From: Parcubacteria group bacterium M6-OD1-1
Lineage (GTDB): Bacteria; Patescibacteriota; Minisyncoccia; GWC2-36-17; M10-OD1-4
Assembly: GCA_003056085.1 (NCBI GenBank)
Contig: LSNK01000005.1
Span: 10,122 to 74,121 of the forward strand
Direction: 5' to 3'
DNA: 64,000 bases
The translations under genes were made by a program, and so were the position numbers. The stretch's first letter is position 1; the number at the start of each line of letters is the position of its first letter. Shown piece after piece: positions 46,507 to 56,501 of the stretch. The notes under the pieces were generated by a model that did not search any database, was not told where the DNA came from, and saw only the letters and a program-made list of their open reading frames with translations.

Positions 46507-47385
46507 ATGCAAAAAATACCACAAGAGCAAGCTAAAAAAAGATATTTTTCTCTTTCAGACTCACTGCAAAATGCAATGTTTTCAGAGAAAAGTTCTGATG
46601 CTGTCAGAAAAACAGCGATTTTTGGTAATATTGAAAATAAAGTTTCCAGACTCGCAGAACTTACTGGATACGTTTTGCTTGGATATTTAAATCCTATAGA
46701 TTTTTCCAAAGAAATTCAGGAAGAATTTAACATTTCAAGAGAAACAGCAGAACAAATAGCGAGTCAACTTGATGCTGAGATTTTTAGCCTTGTAGACTCT
46801 GATTTAAGAAAGTTGTATCCACCGAGAATAAAAACTCCGACTGCAATATCGGGCGGGTTTATTCCCGATCAAAACAAACCATCAGATAACTCAAACGAAC
46901 GAACCCCAGAAAAAAAATTCAGTGAATTTGAAAAAAGATTTTTAAAAGACAAAACAGCCTCTTCTGAACCCACACCTAAAAAAAATCACTTGGAGACTCG
47001 GTCTACAAATGATTGGAAGCCTGGTCTTCAAACGAGAAAAGAAATGCAGGCAGGAGAAAAACCAATTCAAGCTCCATCTTTTAAAAATGCTCCGAGAAAT
47101 CAAAAACCCTTAGAAAACGAAGCACCTAAAAGCACCTCCTACGCTCCTATTGGAGCCTCTGGAGGAAAACCCAAACCTATTGAGAACGCAGAAGATATTC
47201 CGGAAATAAAACCTGTTATTCCTTTGCCAACATTTATGCAGTCGCAATTTCAGCCAAGAAAAAAACTTGATGAAAGCGACTACAAAGAAAATATTCCCGC
47301 TCCCGTTAAAAAATCAGAAGACGAAGAAGATAAAAAACCACAGCCGAAAATAGAAGGAAATATAATTGATCTTCGCGATCTTTAA
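46507..47385 (+). CDS. Hypothetical protein, helical N-domain plus Pro-rich tail
   Basis: 292 aa; GYVLLGYL...A..IA..LD.EIF; ends GNIIDLRDL. Confidence 0.75.
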   Translation: MQKIPQEQAKKRYFSLSDSLQNAMFSEKSSDAVRKTAIFGNIENKVSRLAELTGYVLLGYLNPIDFSKEIQEEFNISRETAEQIASQLDAEIFSLVDSDLRKLYPPRIKTPTAISGGFIPDQNKPSDNSNERTPEKKFSEFEKRFLKDKTASSEPTPKKNHLETRSTNDWKPGLQTRKEMQAGEKPIQAPSFKNAPRNQKPLENEAPKSTSYAPIGASGGKPKPIENAEDIPEIKPVIPLPTFMQSQFQPRKKLDESDYKENIPAPVKKSEDEEDKKPQPKIEGNIIDLRDL

Positions 47386-47443
47386 TTAGATTATGAAGGA
47401 TAGATTACAAATTACTATCACCTAAAAACCCTAAACTAAGAAA

Positions 47444-47893
47444 ATGAAACAATTTCAAGTTCCACAATTTATTGATGTAGAGGATAAAATATTAGGCTTT
47501 GTCACCATGAGGCAATTTTTTATAATGCTTATACCTCTTACTGTTGCCGGAGTCTTATATTTTATTTTGGATATATGGCTTATGCTGATAATAACACTGC
47601 CGGTAACCGGAATCGCTGTTGTATTTGCTTTTTATAAACCAAATGGTATGAAATTTTCAAGATTTCTCGGTTCCTTTCTAAGCTACACATTCAAGCCAAG
47701 ATTATATGTATGGAAAAGAGAAGAAAAAACAACATCAGTGGAAATATTAAGAGAAGGGGAAGAAAAACTAAAAAACCCCAGAGGATTAAAAAGTAAAAAA
47801 GGAAGCATTGAAACTGGAAGTAAAGTAAACGAGGAAGAATTAAAAAAACAAGGAGGAGAAAGTGAATATTTAGATGAAATACTTAATGAATGA
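47444..47893 (+). CDS. PrgI family protein (VirB3-like)
   Basis: QFQVPQFIDVEDKILG.VTMRQF, two TMs, KPRLYVWK. Confidence 0.9.
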   Translation: MKQFQVPQFIDVEDKILGFVTMRQFFIMLIPLTVAGVLYFILDIWLMLIITLPVTGIAVVFAFYKPNGMKFSRFLGSFLSYTFKPRLYVWKREEKTTSVEILREGEEKLKNPRGLKSKKGSIETGSKVNEEELKKQGGESEYLDEILNE

Positions 47894-47979
47894 GCTTATT
47901 AGGAATTAGCTTCTTAGCTTTTTAGGAAAAACCCTGAAAAACTAAGAAGTCAAAAAGCTAAAAAGCTAAAAAAATGGCT
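47893..47979 (+). repeat. 87-bp direct repeat, copy 1 (whole intergenic leader plus start codon)
   Basis: Matches 48615-48701 with 3 mismatches. Confidence 0.95.
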
Positions 47980-48612
47980 CAACCAAACGCACAAGCAACA
48001 CAACAAATAGTAGACATAGAAGCTATTAGAGAAAGTGTAATAATCCTAAAAACAGGAGCATTACGTGCTATTTTGATGTGTTCATCTGTTAACTTAGCTT
48101 TAAAATCACAAGATGAACAAGACGCATTGATATTCCAATATCAAAATTTTATAAATGGATTAGATTTTCCGATAGAATTTGTTGTACATTCAAGAAAATT
48201 AGACATAACAGACTATATAGCAGAAATAAAAGGACATTTGGCCAAGCAAAAAAACGAACTTTTAAAGATTCAAACTGAAGAATACGTAGAATTTATTGAA
48301 AGCTTTGTCGGCATGCAAAATATTATGGCAAAAACATTTTATGTTACAATACCTTTTTCATCAGAAGAAGACACTAAACAAGGATTTTTAGATAAAATAT
48401 TCTCACCAAAAACATCATCATTTGTTAAAATGTCAGATGAAGAATTTAAAAAATACAAAAACCAACTTTGGCAAAGAGTAGAAAATGTTATATCCGGACT
48501 ACAAAGTGTCGGGGTAAGGTCAGAAGCGCTTGATAACGAAGAATTAAAAGAATTATTTTTCAATATTTATAATCCTGGAGAAACAGGGAAAGGCGTTGTT
48601 CAAAAACTTTAA
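47974..48612 (+). CDS. T4SS protein resembling a stand-alone VirB4/TraC N-terminal domain
   Basis: ATQQIVDIEAIR...LRAILMCSSVNLALKS.DEQ.A...YQ.F.N.LDFP; lies between PrgI and VirB4. Confidence 0.7.
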   Translation: MAQPNAQATQQIVDIEAIRESVIILKTGALRAILMCSSVNLALKSQDEQDALIFQYQNFINGLDFPIEFVVHSRKLDITDYIAEIKGHLAKQKNELLKIQTEEYVEFIESFVGMQNIMAKTFYVTIPFSSEEDTKQGFLDKIFSPKTSSFVKMSDEEFKKYKNQLWQRVENVISGLQSVGVRSEALDNEELKELFFNIYNPGETGKGVVQKL

Positions 48613-48614
48613 TC

Positions 48615-48701
48615 AGCTTCTTAGAAATTAGCTTCTTAGCTTTTTAGGAAAAACCCTGAAAAACTAAGAAGTCAAAAAGCTAAAAAGCTAAAAAATTGGC
48701 T
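48615..48701 (+). repeat. 87-bp direct repeat, copy 2
   Basis: Matches 47893-47979 at an offset of 722 bp. Confidence 0.95.
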
Positions 48702-50477
48702 TTAGATCAGAAAAAACAAGAAAATATAAGCGTTCCTCAGATGTCAGAACCTGCGGGTTTTAAAGATGTGGTTGCACCCTCTGCTATTCAAATAGAAAGC
48801 CGTTATATTCAGTTGGGGGATAAATTCTTGCGTACTCTATTTTTATATTCATATCCAAGATATTTAAATACAAATTGGTTTGCTCCTGTAATAAATTTGG
48901 ATAGATTTTTTGATATTGCGATACACTTTCATCCGGTTGATACCGCAACTATAATGAAAAAATTAAACAGGAAAGTAACATCCATTGAGGCTCAATTAAA
49001 CGAAAGAACGGAGAAGGGGCTTATTCGTGACCCGATACTTGAAACTGCACTTCATGATTTGGAAGACTTAAGAGACTCTCTGCAGCAAGCAACTCAAAAA
49101 CTTTTTAGAGTAGGAGTTTATATAACAATTATAGAAAATAGCGTTGAAGAGCTAAATAAGGCGGAAAGTGAAATAAGGGGAATATTGGACGCAAGAATGG
49201 TACTGACTAAAAATGCAAATTTTCAGCAAGATATAGGATTTATGTCTACTTTACCATTAGGCAGAGATAAGCTTGAAATTCACTCAAACTTAAACACAGG
49301 ACCTGCTTCTACTCTTTTCCCCTTTGTGTCTGCCGACCTTACCTCAAATAAAGGAATTTTATATGGAATAAACAGACACAACAACAGTCTTATTCTTTTT
49401 GACAGATTTTCTCTTGAAAACGCAAACTCTGTTATTTTTGCAAAATCAGGCTCAGGAAAAAGTTACACTGCAAAACTTGAAATATTGAGGTCTTTAATGA
49501 CAGGAACGGATGTCATTATTATAGATCCTGAAAATGAATATAAGTATCTTACCGAAACAGTGGGGGGTTCATTTTTTAGAGTTTCTTTAAATTCACAAAA
49601 TCATATAAATCCATTTGAGCTTCCAAGGCCCATTGATGGAGAATCGCAAGCCGATGTTTTAAGGTCAAATATTATAAATCTTGTTGGAATGATGCGCCTC
49701 ATGCTTGGAGAACTAAATCCGGAAGAAGATGCGATTATAGATAGAGCGCTTGCAGAAACTTATGCCTCAAGAGACATAACACCTGATGTTGATTTTTCAG
49801 ACAAAACACCTCCGACACTTTCTGACTTTCAGTCTATTTTAGAAAATATGGAAGGAGGAAATTCTCTTGCAAAAAGACTTGAAAAATACACAAAAGGCTC
49901 ATATGCAGGATTTTTAAATAATCAGACAAATGTAGATATGCAAAACAAACTGATTGTTTTCTCAATAAGAGACATGGAGACAGAACTGAGGCCTATCGCT
50001 ATGTATCTTATTATTAGATATGTCTGGAATATTGTTAGAGCTGAACTTAAAAAGAGAATTCTTTTGGTTGATGAAGCATGGGTCATGATGCAACATGAGG
50101 ACGCAGCTTCATTTTTATACGGAATAGCAAAAAGATGCAGAAAATACTACTTGGGACTTACCACAATAACCCAAGATGTAAATGACTTTTTAGGCTCCAA
50201 GTACGGGAAGGCAATTTTGACGAATTCATCACTTCAACTTCTTCTGAAGCAATCTCCGGCAACAATAAACACGGTTAAAGAATCTTTTAATCTTTCTGAG
50301 GAAGAAAAATACCTTCTTTTGGAGTGCGGAGTTGGAGAAGGCATCTTTTTTGCAGGACTAAAACATGCCGCCATTAAAGTTATTGCATCTTACACCGAAG
50401 ACCAAATAATAACATCAAATCCTGAAGAAATACTTGCAAGAGAAAAAGAACAAGCCGACCTTGAGAACACCGAATAA
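48696..50477 (+). CDS. virB4: VirB4-like T4SS ATPase
   Basis: Walker A AKSGSGKS, IIDPENEY, INPF, Walker B LLVDEAW, KRCRKY, TITQDV; TTG start. Confidence 0.9.
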   Translation: MALDQKKQENISVPQMSEPAGFKDVVAPSAIQIESRYIQLGDKFLRTLFLYSYPRYLNTNWFAPVINLDRFFDIAIHFHPVDTATIMKKLNRKVTSIEAQLNERTEKGLIRDPILETALHDLEDLRDSLQQATQKLFRVGVYITIIENSVEELNKAESEIRGILDARMVLTKNANFQQDIGFMSTLPLGRDKLEIHSNLNTGPASTLFPFVSADLTSNKGILYGINRHNNSLILFDRFSLENANSVIFAKSGSGKSYTAKLEILRSLMTGTDVIIIDPENEYKYLTETVGGSFFRVSLNSQNHINPFELPRPIDGESQADVLRSNIINLVGMMRLMLGELNPEEDAIIDRALAETYASRDITPDVDFSDKTPPTLSDFQSILENMEGGNSLAKRLEKYTKGSYAGFLNNQTNVDMQNKLIVFSIRDMETELRPIAMYLIIRYVWNIVRAELKKRILLVDEAWVMMQHEDAASFLYGIAKRCRKYYLGLTTITQDVNDFLGSKYGKAILTNSSLQLLLKQSPATINTVKESFNLSEEEKYLLLECGVGEGIFFAGLKHAAIKVIASYTEDQIITSNPEEILAREKEQADLENTE

Positions 50478-50555
50478 TAAATGGTACAATATAATTAGAA
50501 TATAGAATCTTGAATTTAGAATATAATTTTTATAACTCTAAATTTTAAATGCCAA

Positions 50556-51581
50556 ATGCTGCTAAAAACAATAAAAGTATTTTTAATAACCTCGTTTGTC
50601 GGCTACTCATTTATACTTGCCGGTTATTTTGCTTTTGCTCAACAAAATCTAAACTCCGACTTTTCAAATCAAATAACAAACTTAGAAAATGAATTGTTAG
50701 CCCCGAGCGTTGAACTTGATTTATCATCGAGCGGGAGATTAGGTCAAATAGCTTCAATCTCTGCGTTAACTGACAATATAGATGACAGCACTGTTAGTTT
50801 TCTTTGGTATTTAGATGATGTGTTTGATCAAAAACAATCCGGAAAATCCAAAACAAAGTTTTCCTTCAAAACAACAAGAGCAAATCACGTTGTAAGACTT
50901 GTTATAATGCAAAGAAAAGTCAAAATAACAGAAAATGCTATTTTGGTAAGTTCATATAATGTTTCTTTGGCTTGGAATGCAGAAACTTATGTTCCGCCAG
51001 AATACGAAGGTAAAGCATTACCATCAAGAGGCAGCAAGGTAACCGTAACGGCAATCCCTGACATTAAAGGATATGATTCTAAAGACTTGCTTTATACTTG
51101 GTATCTTGATGCGGAGTCACGTGTAAGAAAAGTTTTAGGAGAAGATGAATTTTCATTTTTTATAACAAAAAGCGTTGATTTTATACCTGTATTTGTTGAA
51201 GTGTCCAATCTTTCTGGCTCTATAGTTGTAAGTCAAGCTGTATCAATCCCTGTTGTCCGGCCATCTGTTTTAATTTATCACCAACTTTCAGACAAAACTG
51301 CAAAAACAGCTGTACGTAAGCTTTTTATCGCTCCGGGAGAGTCCAAAAAAATAACTGCAAAACCCTTTAATTTTCAAGCAAAAAGTATAATTGATTTTGA
51401 ATACGAATGGGAATTTATAGGAAAGAAAGCAAGTGGGGAAAGAAAAAATCCCAACTTACTAACACTCATAATACCTGAAACATCGTCTCTTGGAATAAAA
51501 AATTTAATGTTAAAAGTTATAAATAGAAAATTCATCAAAGAAAGAACTTCGGCTATTTTGGTGGTTAATATAACTAAGTAA
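50556..51581 (+). CDS. Exported protein with tandem Ig/PKD-like beta domains
   Basis: Signal peptide; repeated F/Y-x-W motifs (FLWYLD, YTWYLD, YEWEFI); W.AETYVPP.Y.GKALP. Confidence 0.7.
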   Translation: MLLKTIKVFLITSFVGYSFILAGYFAFAQQNLNSDFSNQITNLENELLAPSVELDLSSSGRLGQIASISALTDNIDDSTVSFLWYLDDVFDQKQSGKSKTKFSFKTTRANHVVRLVIMQRKVKITENAILVSSYNVSLAWNAETYVPPEYEGKALPSRGSKVTVTAIPDIKGYDSKDLLYTWYLDAESRVRKVLGEDEFSFFITKSVDFIPVFVEVSNLSGSIVVSQAVSIPVVRPSVLIYHQLSDKTAKTAVRKLFIAPGESKKITAKPFNFQAKSIIDFEYEWEFIGKKASGERKNPNLLTLIIPETSSLGIKNLMLKVINRKFIKERTSAILVVNITK

Positions 51582-51660
51582 TAGTTGCTGGATTATAGTG
51601 GTTAGATTATAAATTTATAAGTTATTAATTAGGAAATAAAGATATTTAATTATTGCATTA

Positions 51661-52536
51661 ATGAAATATAAAATAATTATCTTAATATTGCTTTCTGTAG
51701 TTTTATTCAACGGACTTTTGGACTTTGTTCAAGCACAGACAACTTTTGAAGTGGGTATTCCCGGGCAAACGAGACCCGGAGAACCATTTCCAACCTATAC
51801 GGATACTGAGGGTAGGGAAATAGTAGACATAGAAAGATACATAGCCTTTTTATACATGTTTATGATAGGACTTGTCGGTATTGCCGGTTTTGCCTCTTTG
51901 GTTTGGTATGGTATTGTTTGGATATACTCCGGTATAGCAGAAAAAAAATCAGAAGCAATGGAAGGCATTAAAAATACATTAATAGGCATATCGCTCGCTT
52001 TGGGATCTTTTGTAATATTAAACACCATAAATCCCGCTCTTGTAACATTAACCTCTCCTAAGTTTCCTGAACTCACGGCAAAACCGGCAAATGAGATGCC
52101 GAAAGAAATTGCTGTTAATAACAGAATAGCTGGAAACTATTATTATAAATATAAAGATGACACTTTTCAAAACAGAGTTGTTTACAGATACAGCAAACCA
52201 TTTTCCTCATTAAGTCTTTGTAATAATGCGAGAGATACATTTACTGAAATTTGTGATGTTGATAATGATATTAATTGCGATTCTGACACCCCTGATCCCG
52301 AAGCATTTCCTTGTGAAAGTTATAAAATAGGTGAAAAAAATAATTATTTTTATTGGGCTAAAAATAAAGTTACCAATGAAATTTATGTTAGCTCGGGATT
52401 CACCGATCAAAATAGCTGTGAGAAAACAGCAAATGACTACGGAATAACATCGCTTTACAAAATAGTAAACAAACCGGCAAGCGATGTTAATTGTCAATCT
52501 GGAGAACCACCATCAAATGCAATACCTTTACCCTAA
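51661..52536 (+). CDS. Pilin-like (VirB2/TrbC-type) protein with Cys-rich C-terminal extension
   Basis: Signal peptide, two TMs joined by K.SEA.E.IKN.LIG, ILNTINP.L; six C-terminal Cys. Confidence 0.7.
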   Translation: MKYKIIILILLSVVLFNGLLDFVQAQTTFEVGIPGQTRPGEPFPTYTDTEGREIVDIERYIAFLYMFMIGLVGIAGFASLVWYGIVWIYSGIAEKKSEAMEGIKNTLIGISLALGSFVILNTINPALVTLTSPKFPELTAKPANEMPKEIAVNNRIAGNYYYKYKDDTFQNRVVYRYSKPFSSLSLCNNARDTFTEICDVDNDINCDSDTPDPEAFPCESYKIGEKNNYFYWAKNKVTNEIYVSSGFTDQNSCEKTANDYGITSLYKIVNKPASDVNCQSGEPPSNAIPLP

Positions 52537-52548
52537 TAAATTAAAATC

Positions 52549-53676
52549 ATGACAAAAAAAACAAAAATTTCATTATTTGTAATATTAGCAGCTCTTGTCG
52601 TAGGGTCTATTTTAGCTTATTATTTTCTTGCAGAAGGCAGACCTATAAAATTAAAAGAAAAAGGAGAAGTCAAAAAAGAAACTACCGTCATTACTCCAAA
52701 AACTGTTGAAAAATTACTTCAGATAACCGATGAAAACACTGTTTCTCCCATTATTGATGAACAAAAAAATACGATTAAATACATAACAAAAACTGATGGA
52801 TCTCTTTATCAGTCTGATTTAAACGGAGAGAACAAAGTAAAAATACCCTTTGTAAGCTTAGGCGGACTTATAAAAATAATTTGGTCTCCCGATCAGGAAA
52901 AATTTATTAATATTTATTCTGATGCTTTTGGCATTAAAAGGTTCTATTATGACTTAACATCAAAACAAATCGTTCCTTTAAATAAAAGCATCACTTGGGT
53001 TGATTACTCAAAGACAGAAGACAAGATAGCGTATCATTATTATGATGCAACTCAAGATATAAATTCAATCGCAATAGCAAATGCAGATGGATCTCTTGCT
53101 CAAAGCATACTAAATACAAGACTTAAAGATGTTAGATTAAAATGGGTAACAAATGATAAAATTGTGATATCAACAGCACCATCAGGACTTGCACAAAACA
53201 TCTTATATTACACAGATCCAAAAAATCCTAAACTAATAAAAATATTGAGTGGGATTTACGGACTAACATCCAAATGGTCTTCTGACGGATCAAAATTTCT
53301 TTTTTCCCAAACCGACAAAGACGGAGCAAACTTAACGCTTAAATCAGCGGACGGAAATGGTCTTAATATTTTAGACACGAAAATTTCAACACTTCCTGAG
53401 AAGTGCGTATTTTCGGAGGACTTCTTAAACGCGTACTGCGCAGAACCGACAAAAATACCAAAAGACGCAATAATGCCGGATGATTATTATAAAAAAATAT
53501 TTTCTTCAAATGACAAACTTTGGAAAACAAACCTTAAAACAAACAAAAAAGACTTGGTTTATCAATTTGGTGAAAATATAAATTTTGATTTGAGTAATCT
53601 TATACTTACAAAGGATGAAAAATATTTATATTTTATAAATAGAACTAATGGATTTTTATACAAACTGGAACTCTAA
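52549..53676 (+). CDS. Membrane-anchored beta-propeller (TolB-like) protein
   Basis: N-terminal TM; WSPD, WSSDG repeats; TLPEKCVF; PDDYYK. Confidence 0.7.
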   Translation: MTKKTKISLFVILAALVVGSILAYYFLAEGRPIKLKEKGEVKKETTVITPKTVEKLLQITDENTVSPIIDEQKNTIKYITKTDGSLYQSDLNGENKVKIPFVSLGGLIKIIWSPDQEKFINIYSDAFGIKRFYYDLTSKQIVPLNKSITWVDYSKTEDKIAYHYYDATQDINSIAIANADGSLAQSILNTRLKDVRLKWVTNDKIVISTAPSGLAQNILYYTDPKNPKLIKILSGIYGLTSKWSSDGSKFLFSQTDKDGANLTLKSADGNGLNILDTKISTLPEKCVFSEDFLNAYCAEPTKIPKDAIMPDDYYKKIFSSNDKLWKTNLKTNKKDLVYQFGENINFDLSNLILTKDEKYLYFINRTNGFLYKLEL

Positions 53677-53739
53677 TTAATTTAGTTTTCAGTGATTAAA
53701 TATTAGGTTATAGATGGACTCAACGCCTCTTTGTTTCAT

Positions 53740-55020
53740 CTATAACCTATTTTTTATTTTAGTACTCTCTTTATTAAAAACAACTATTAAAATACCAATA
53801 AAGAAGAAGAAGGTCAGCGCAAGGTCGTTTTTCCAAAAAGGAGTATCTAAAAGTCCGTGCATTAGAAAATAAACAAAAAATGCTAATACTAAAACATTCA
53901 CACTTTTTTCAAAATCCCTATCAAGTATAGTCTTTGATGAGGATTTTATATAAACTTTAATTATCCATATTAGTATCAATAAAAATCCTAAAAATCCTAT
54001 GATTCCTGTTTGAATCCAAAATGATAAAAATATATTATGAGGATAGGGAACAGCCCACTCCAAATAAGGCTCTTTAAATTTATTTTGATAAGCAAGGTAG
54101 TATTTTTGAAACATACCCGGACCAATACCAAAAATATAATTATCTTTTAAAATTTGGCTTGAAGCCGACCATATCATATTTCTTGAAACAAGAGATGATC
54201 TGTCATTTTTTATAAGAAAGCTTTTTGTTTTTTCATTATCTGCTTGAAATAAAAACAATGAAAAAGAAATGACCAACAAAGCTAAGATTGAAGCGAATTT
54301 GACTTTGATGGAAACTTGACTCAATCCTATAATAAGAACCAAAGCAACAAAAACACCTAAAAATGCCCCGTAAGAATATGTTAATAAAAAAGGAATAACA
54401 ACTAATACCAAAACACTAAACCAAACTAATTTTGATGCAAAATATTTATATTTACTGAATAAAACCCACACCAAAAACAGAATAACAGGGGAAAGACTCA
54501 TTGCTAAAAAATTTGGAGAATTAAAAAATCCCTCCAAGCGCCCATCATAAGTTAATTTACCTGACAAAAAGTAAATTATAGACACCAAAGAGACACCAAT
54601 ACCGGAAGCCAAAAACACAACTACTACTTTTTTTATATCTTCCTTTAAAACAACCGATATAAACACCGTAAAAAAAAGCAGAGGGTCAATAAAATACGCC
54701 TTAAAAAGACCAAAACTAACCCTTAAATCAACAGACAACACAGACGCTGCTAAAGCTCCTAAAACAAGCAGGAGTATTCCGTAAAAGAGCAGTTTATTTC
54801 GAAAAAATATTTTTTTTAATCTTTTTTGGAAAGTATTCTCCCTATCAAAAAATAAATATAAAAACCACAATAAAAAAACAATATAAATTAAAATCTCCAA
54901 TAAAGTTGTTGGAATATTTAAAACTTCAAACCTTATGAGATAGGTGGGGAAAAGAAAAATTATTAAAAAAACACCTAAGTATATAATTTTATTTAAACTA
55001 TTTGATGTCATAATAAACAT
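53740..55020 (-). CDS. O-antigen ligase/Wzy_C family polytopic glycosyltransferase
   Basis: RLEGFFNSPNFLA, TYSYGA, R..IW....FGIGPG.F, YPHNIFL, HGLLD. Confidence 0.88.
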   Translation of the reverse strand: MFIMTSNSLNKIIYLGVFLIIFLFPTYLIRFEVLNIPTTLLEILIYIVFLLWFLYLFFDRENTFQKRLKKIFFRNKLLFYGILLLVLGALAASVLSVDLRVSFGLFKAYFIDPLLFFTVFISVVLKEDIKKVVVVFLASGIGVSLVSIIYFLSGKLTYDGRLEGFFNSPNFLAMSLSPVILFLVWVLFSKYKYFASKLVWFSVLVLVVIPFLLTYSYGAFLGVFVALVLIIGLSQVSIKVKFASILALLVISFSLFLFQADNEKTKSFLIKNDRSSLVSRNMIWSASSQILKDNYIFGIGPGMFQKYYLAYQNKFKEPYLEWAVPYPHNIFLSFWIQTGIIGFLGFLLILIWIIKVYIKSSSKTILDRDFEKSVNVLVLAFFVYFLMHGLLDTPFWKNDLALTFFFFIGILIVVFNKESTKIKNRL

Positions 55021-55074
55021 TAATTTTAAATTTATTCTTTTTAATATTTGGAAGCAAGGCTTCCAAATATTAAA

Positions 55075-56388
55075 TCAACCATTTATAACTTGTCCTTTTA
55101 TTGGATTTTTTAAAATTACTGCTAATGCTAAAATAAAACAAAGTGATATCAACACAGGAACAGAAAATATTGATGTTTCAAAAAAACTATGCGTTAAAAA
55201 CCAAACTAATGACCCCAATATACCTAATCTTAAAAAATTAAATTTATCTTTTTTAAAAGATAAAAATTTAAATGAATACACAAAAAGCATCAAGAAAAGA
55301 AAAAAGCCGGCAAGTCCAAGTTCAGACAAAATATCAAGATAAGTATTATGAGCATTAATAGGGGACTTAACTGATGCTGTAGGATCAAAAAAGATGGGTA
55401 AATTTCCAAGACCTGTGCCAAATATAGGATTTTGCAGAAATGCTTCTGTGGAAGTTTTCCAAATTTGAATTCTTCCGGTATTTGATACATCAGACAAAGA
55501 AAATGAAGACAACAACCGTTCGCCAAAAACAGAATTTACAAAAATAAAAATTAATATTAATGAAATAAATGCGGCGGCTGATAAAAATTTCTTGTTTAGT
55601 TTAATTTTAAAATGCCAAAGAGAAAATCCTGATATAAACAAAAGAGAAATCAAAAAACCAAAATAACCGCCCCTTGAAAAAGTAAACAAAAAAGCAAGAA
55701 ACATCGTTATTATTTGAAGTATATAAAAAACTTTATCTTTTTTATTATTGTAAAAGAAAAACCCTATAGTAAAAGGAATCAAAATACCAAGATACAAAGC
55801 AAAGGTGTGTGGGTCCGGAAATAATGAAATCGCTCTGAAATAATCTTTTCCTGAAATATTTACGAACCAGCTCTGATTTTGAATAACAACAGATCCAAAA
55901 TTTTGCCCGTATAAAAACATTGATATTTTGTATGCCCAAAAATTATATATTTTGTCCAAACTGAAAATAAACTGGCTCAAAAATTGTAAAATCCCAATCA
56001 AAGACGCGACAAAACCTCCCATTATAAAAAATTTGGCTATTTTATTTATTTTTTCTTTTGAATTTATAAGATAAATGACGAGAAAATAAACAGGTATTAT
56101 AGTTGCGAAAAAAAGAGATTTTCTTGCTCCCCATACAGAATTTACAGCCCAAAATGAAGAAACAAACGTCCACAAAAAAAACAGGCTGAAAAAATACGTT
56201 TGCTTGTTTTTAAATCTGTCTAAAACAATCGGTTTATTTTTATACAAAAGATAAAATATAAAAAAAATAAACAAAAAAGATATAACGACTCTCAAAAAAG
56301 AGATATCAACATCTCTTTGCAGGTTTAAAGCAAATGAAAAGGGAATAAAGAATATTATAAAATATAGAACCTTTTCCAAATAAGACAT
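55075..56388 (-). CDS. O-antigen ligase/Wzy_C family polytopic glycosyltransferase
   Basis: RAISLFPDPH, TFSRGG, GRIQIW, PIFGTGLGN, AHNTYL..LSELG. Confidence 0.88.
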   Translation of the reverse strand: MSYLEKVLYFIIFFIPFSFALNLQRDVDISFLRVVISFLFIFFIFYLLYKNKPIVLDRFKNKQTYFFSLFFLWTFVSSFWAVNSVWGARKSLFFATIIPVYFLVIYLINSKEKINKIAKFFIMGGFVASLIGILQFLSQFIFSLDKIYNFWAYKISMFLYGQNFGSVVIQNQSWFVNISGKDYFRAISLFPDPHTFALYLGILIPFTIGFFFYNNKKDKVFYILQIITMFLAFLFTFSRGGYFGFLISLLFISGFSLWHFKIKLNKKFLSAAAFISLILIFIFVNSVFGERLLSSFSLSDVSNTGRIQIWKTSTEAFLQNPIFGTGLGNLPIFFDPTASVKSPINAHNTYLDILSELGLAGFFLFLMLFVYSFKFLSFKKDKFNFLRLGILGSLVWFLTHSFFETSIFSVPVLISLCFILALAVILKNPIKGQVING

Positions 56389-56501
56389 ATAAGGTGAGTA
56401 TTACTTAAAAAATTAAAATTACAAAGTTTAAATGCCAAAATATATCTTGATTATTTAGGTTTTAGATTTGGATTTTGGTATTTAATATTTTAAAATTGTG
56501 T

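Noticed and set aside
37693-53676. Integrative conjugative element
   Set aside because: No integrase, relaxase, coupling protein or att repeats seen; composition looks like the core genome
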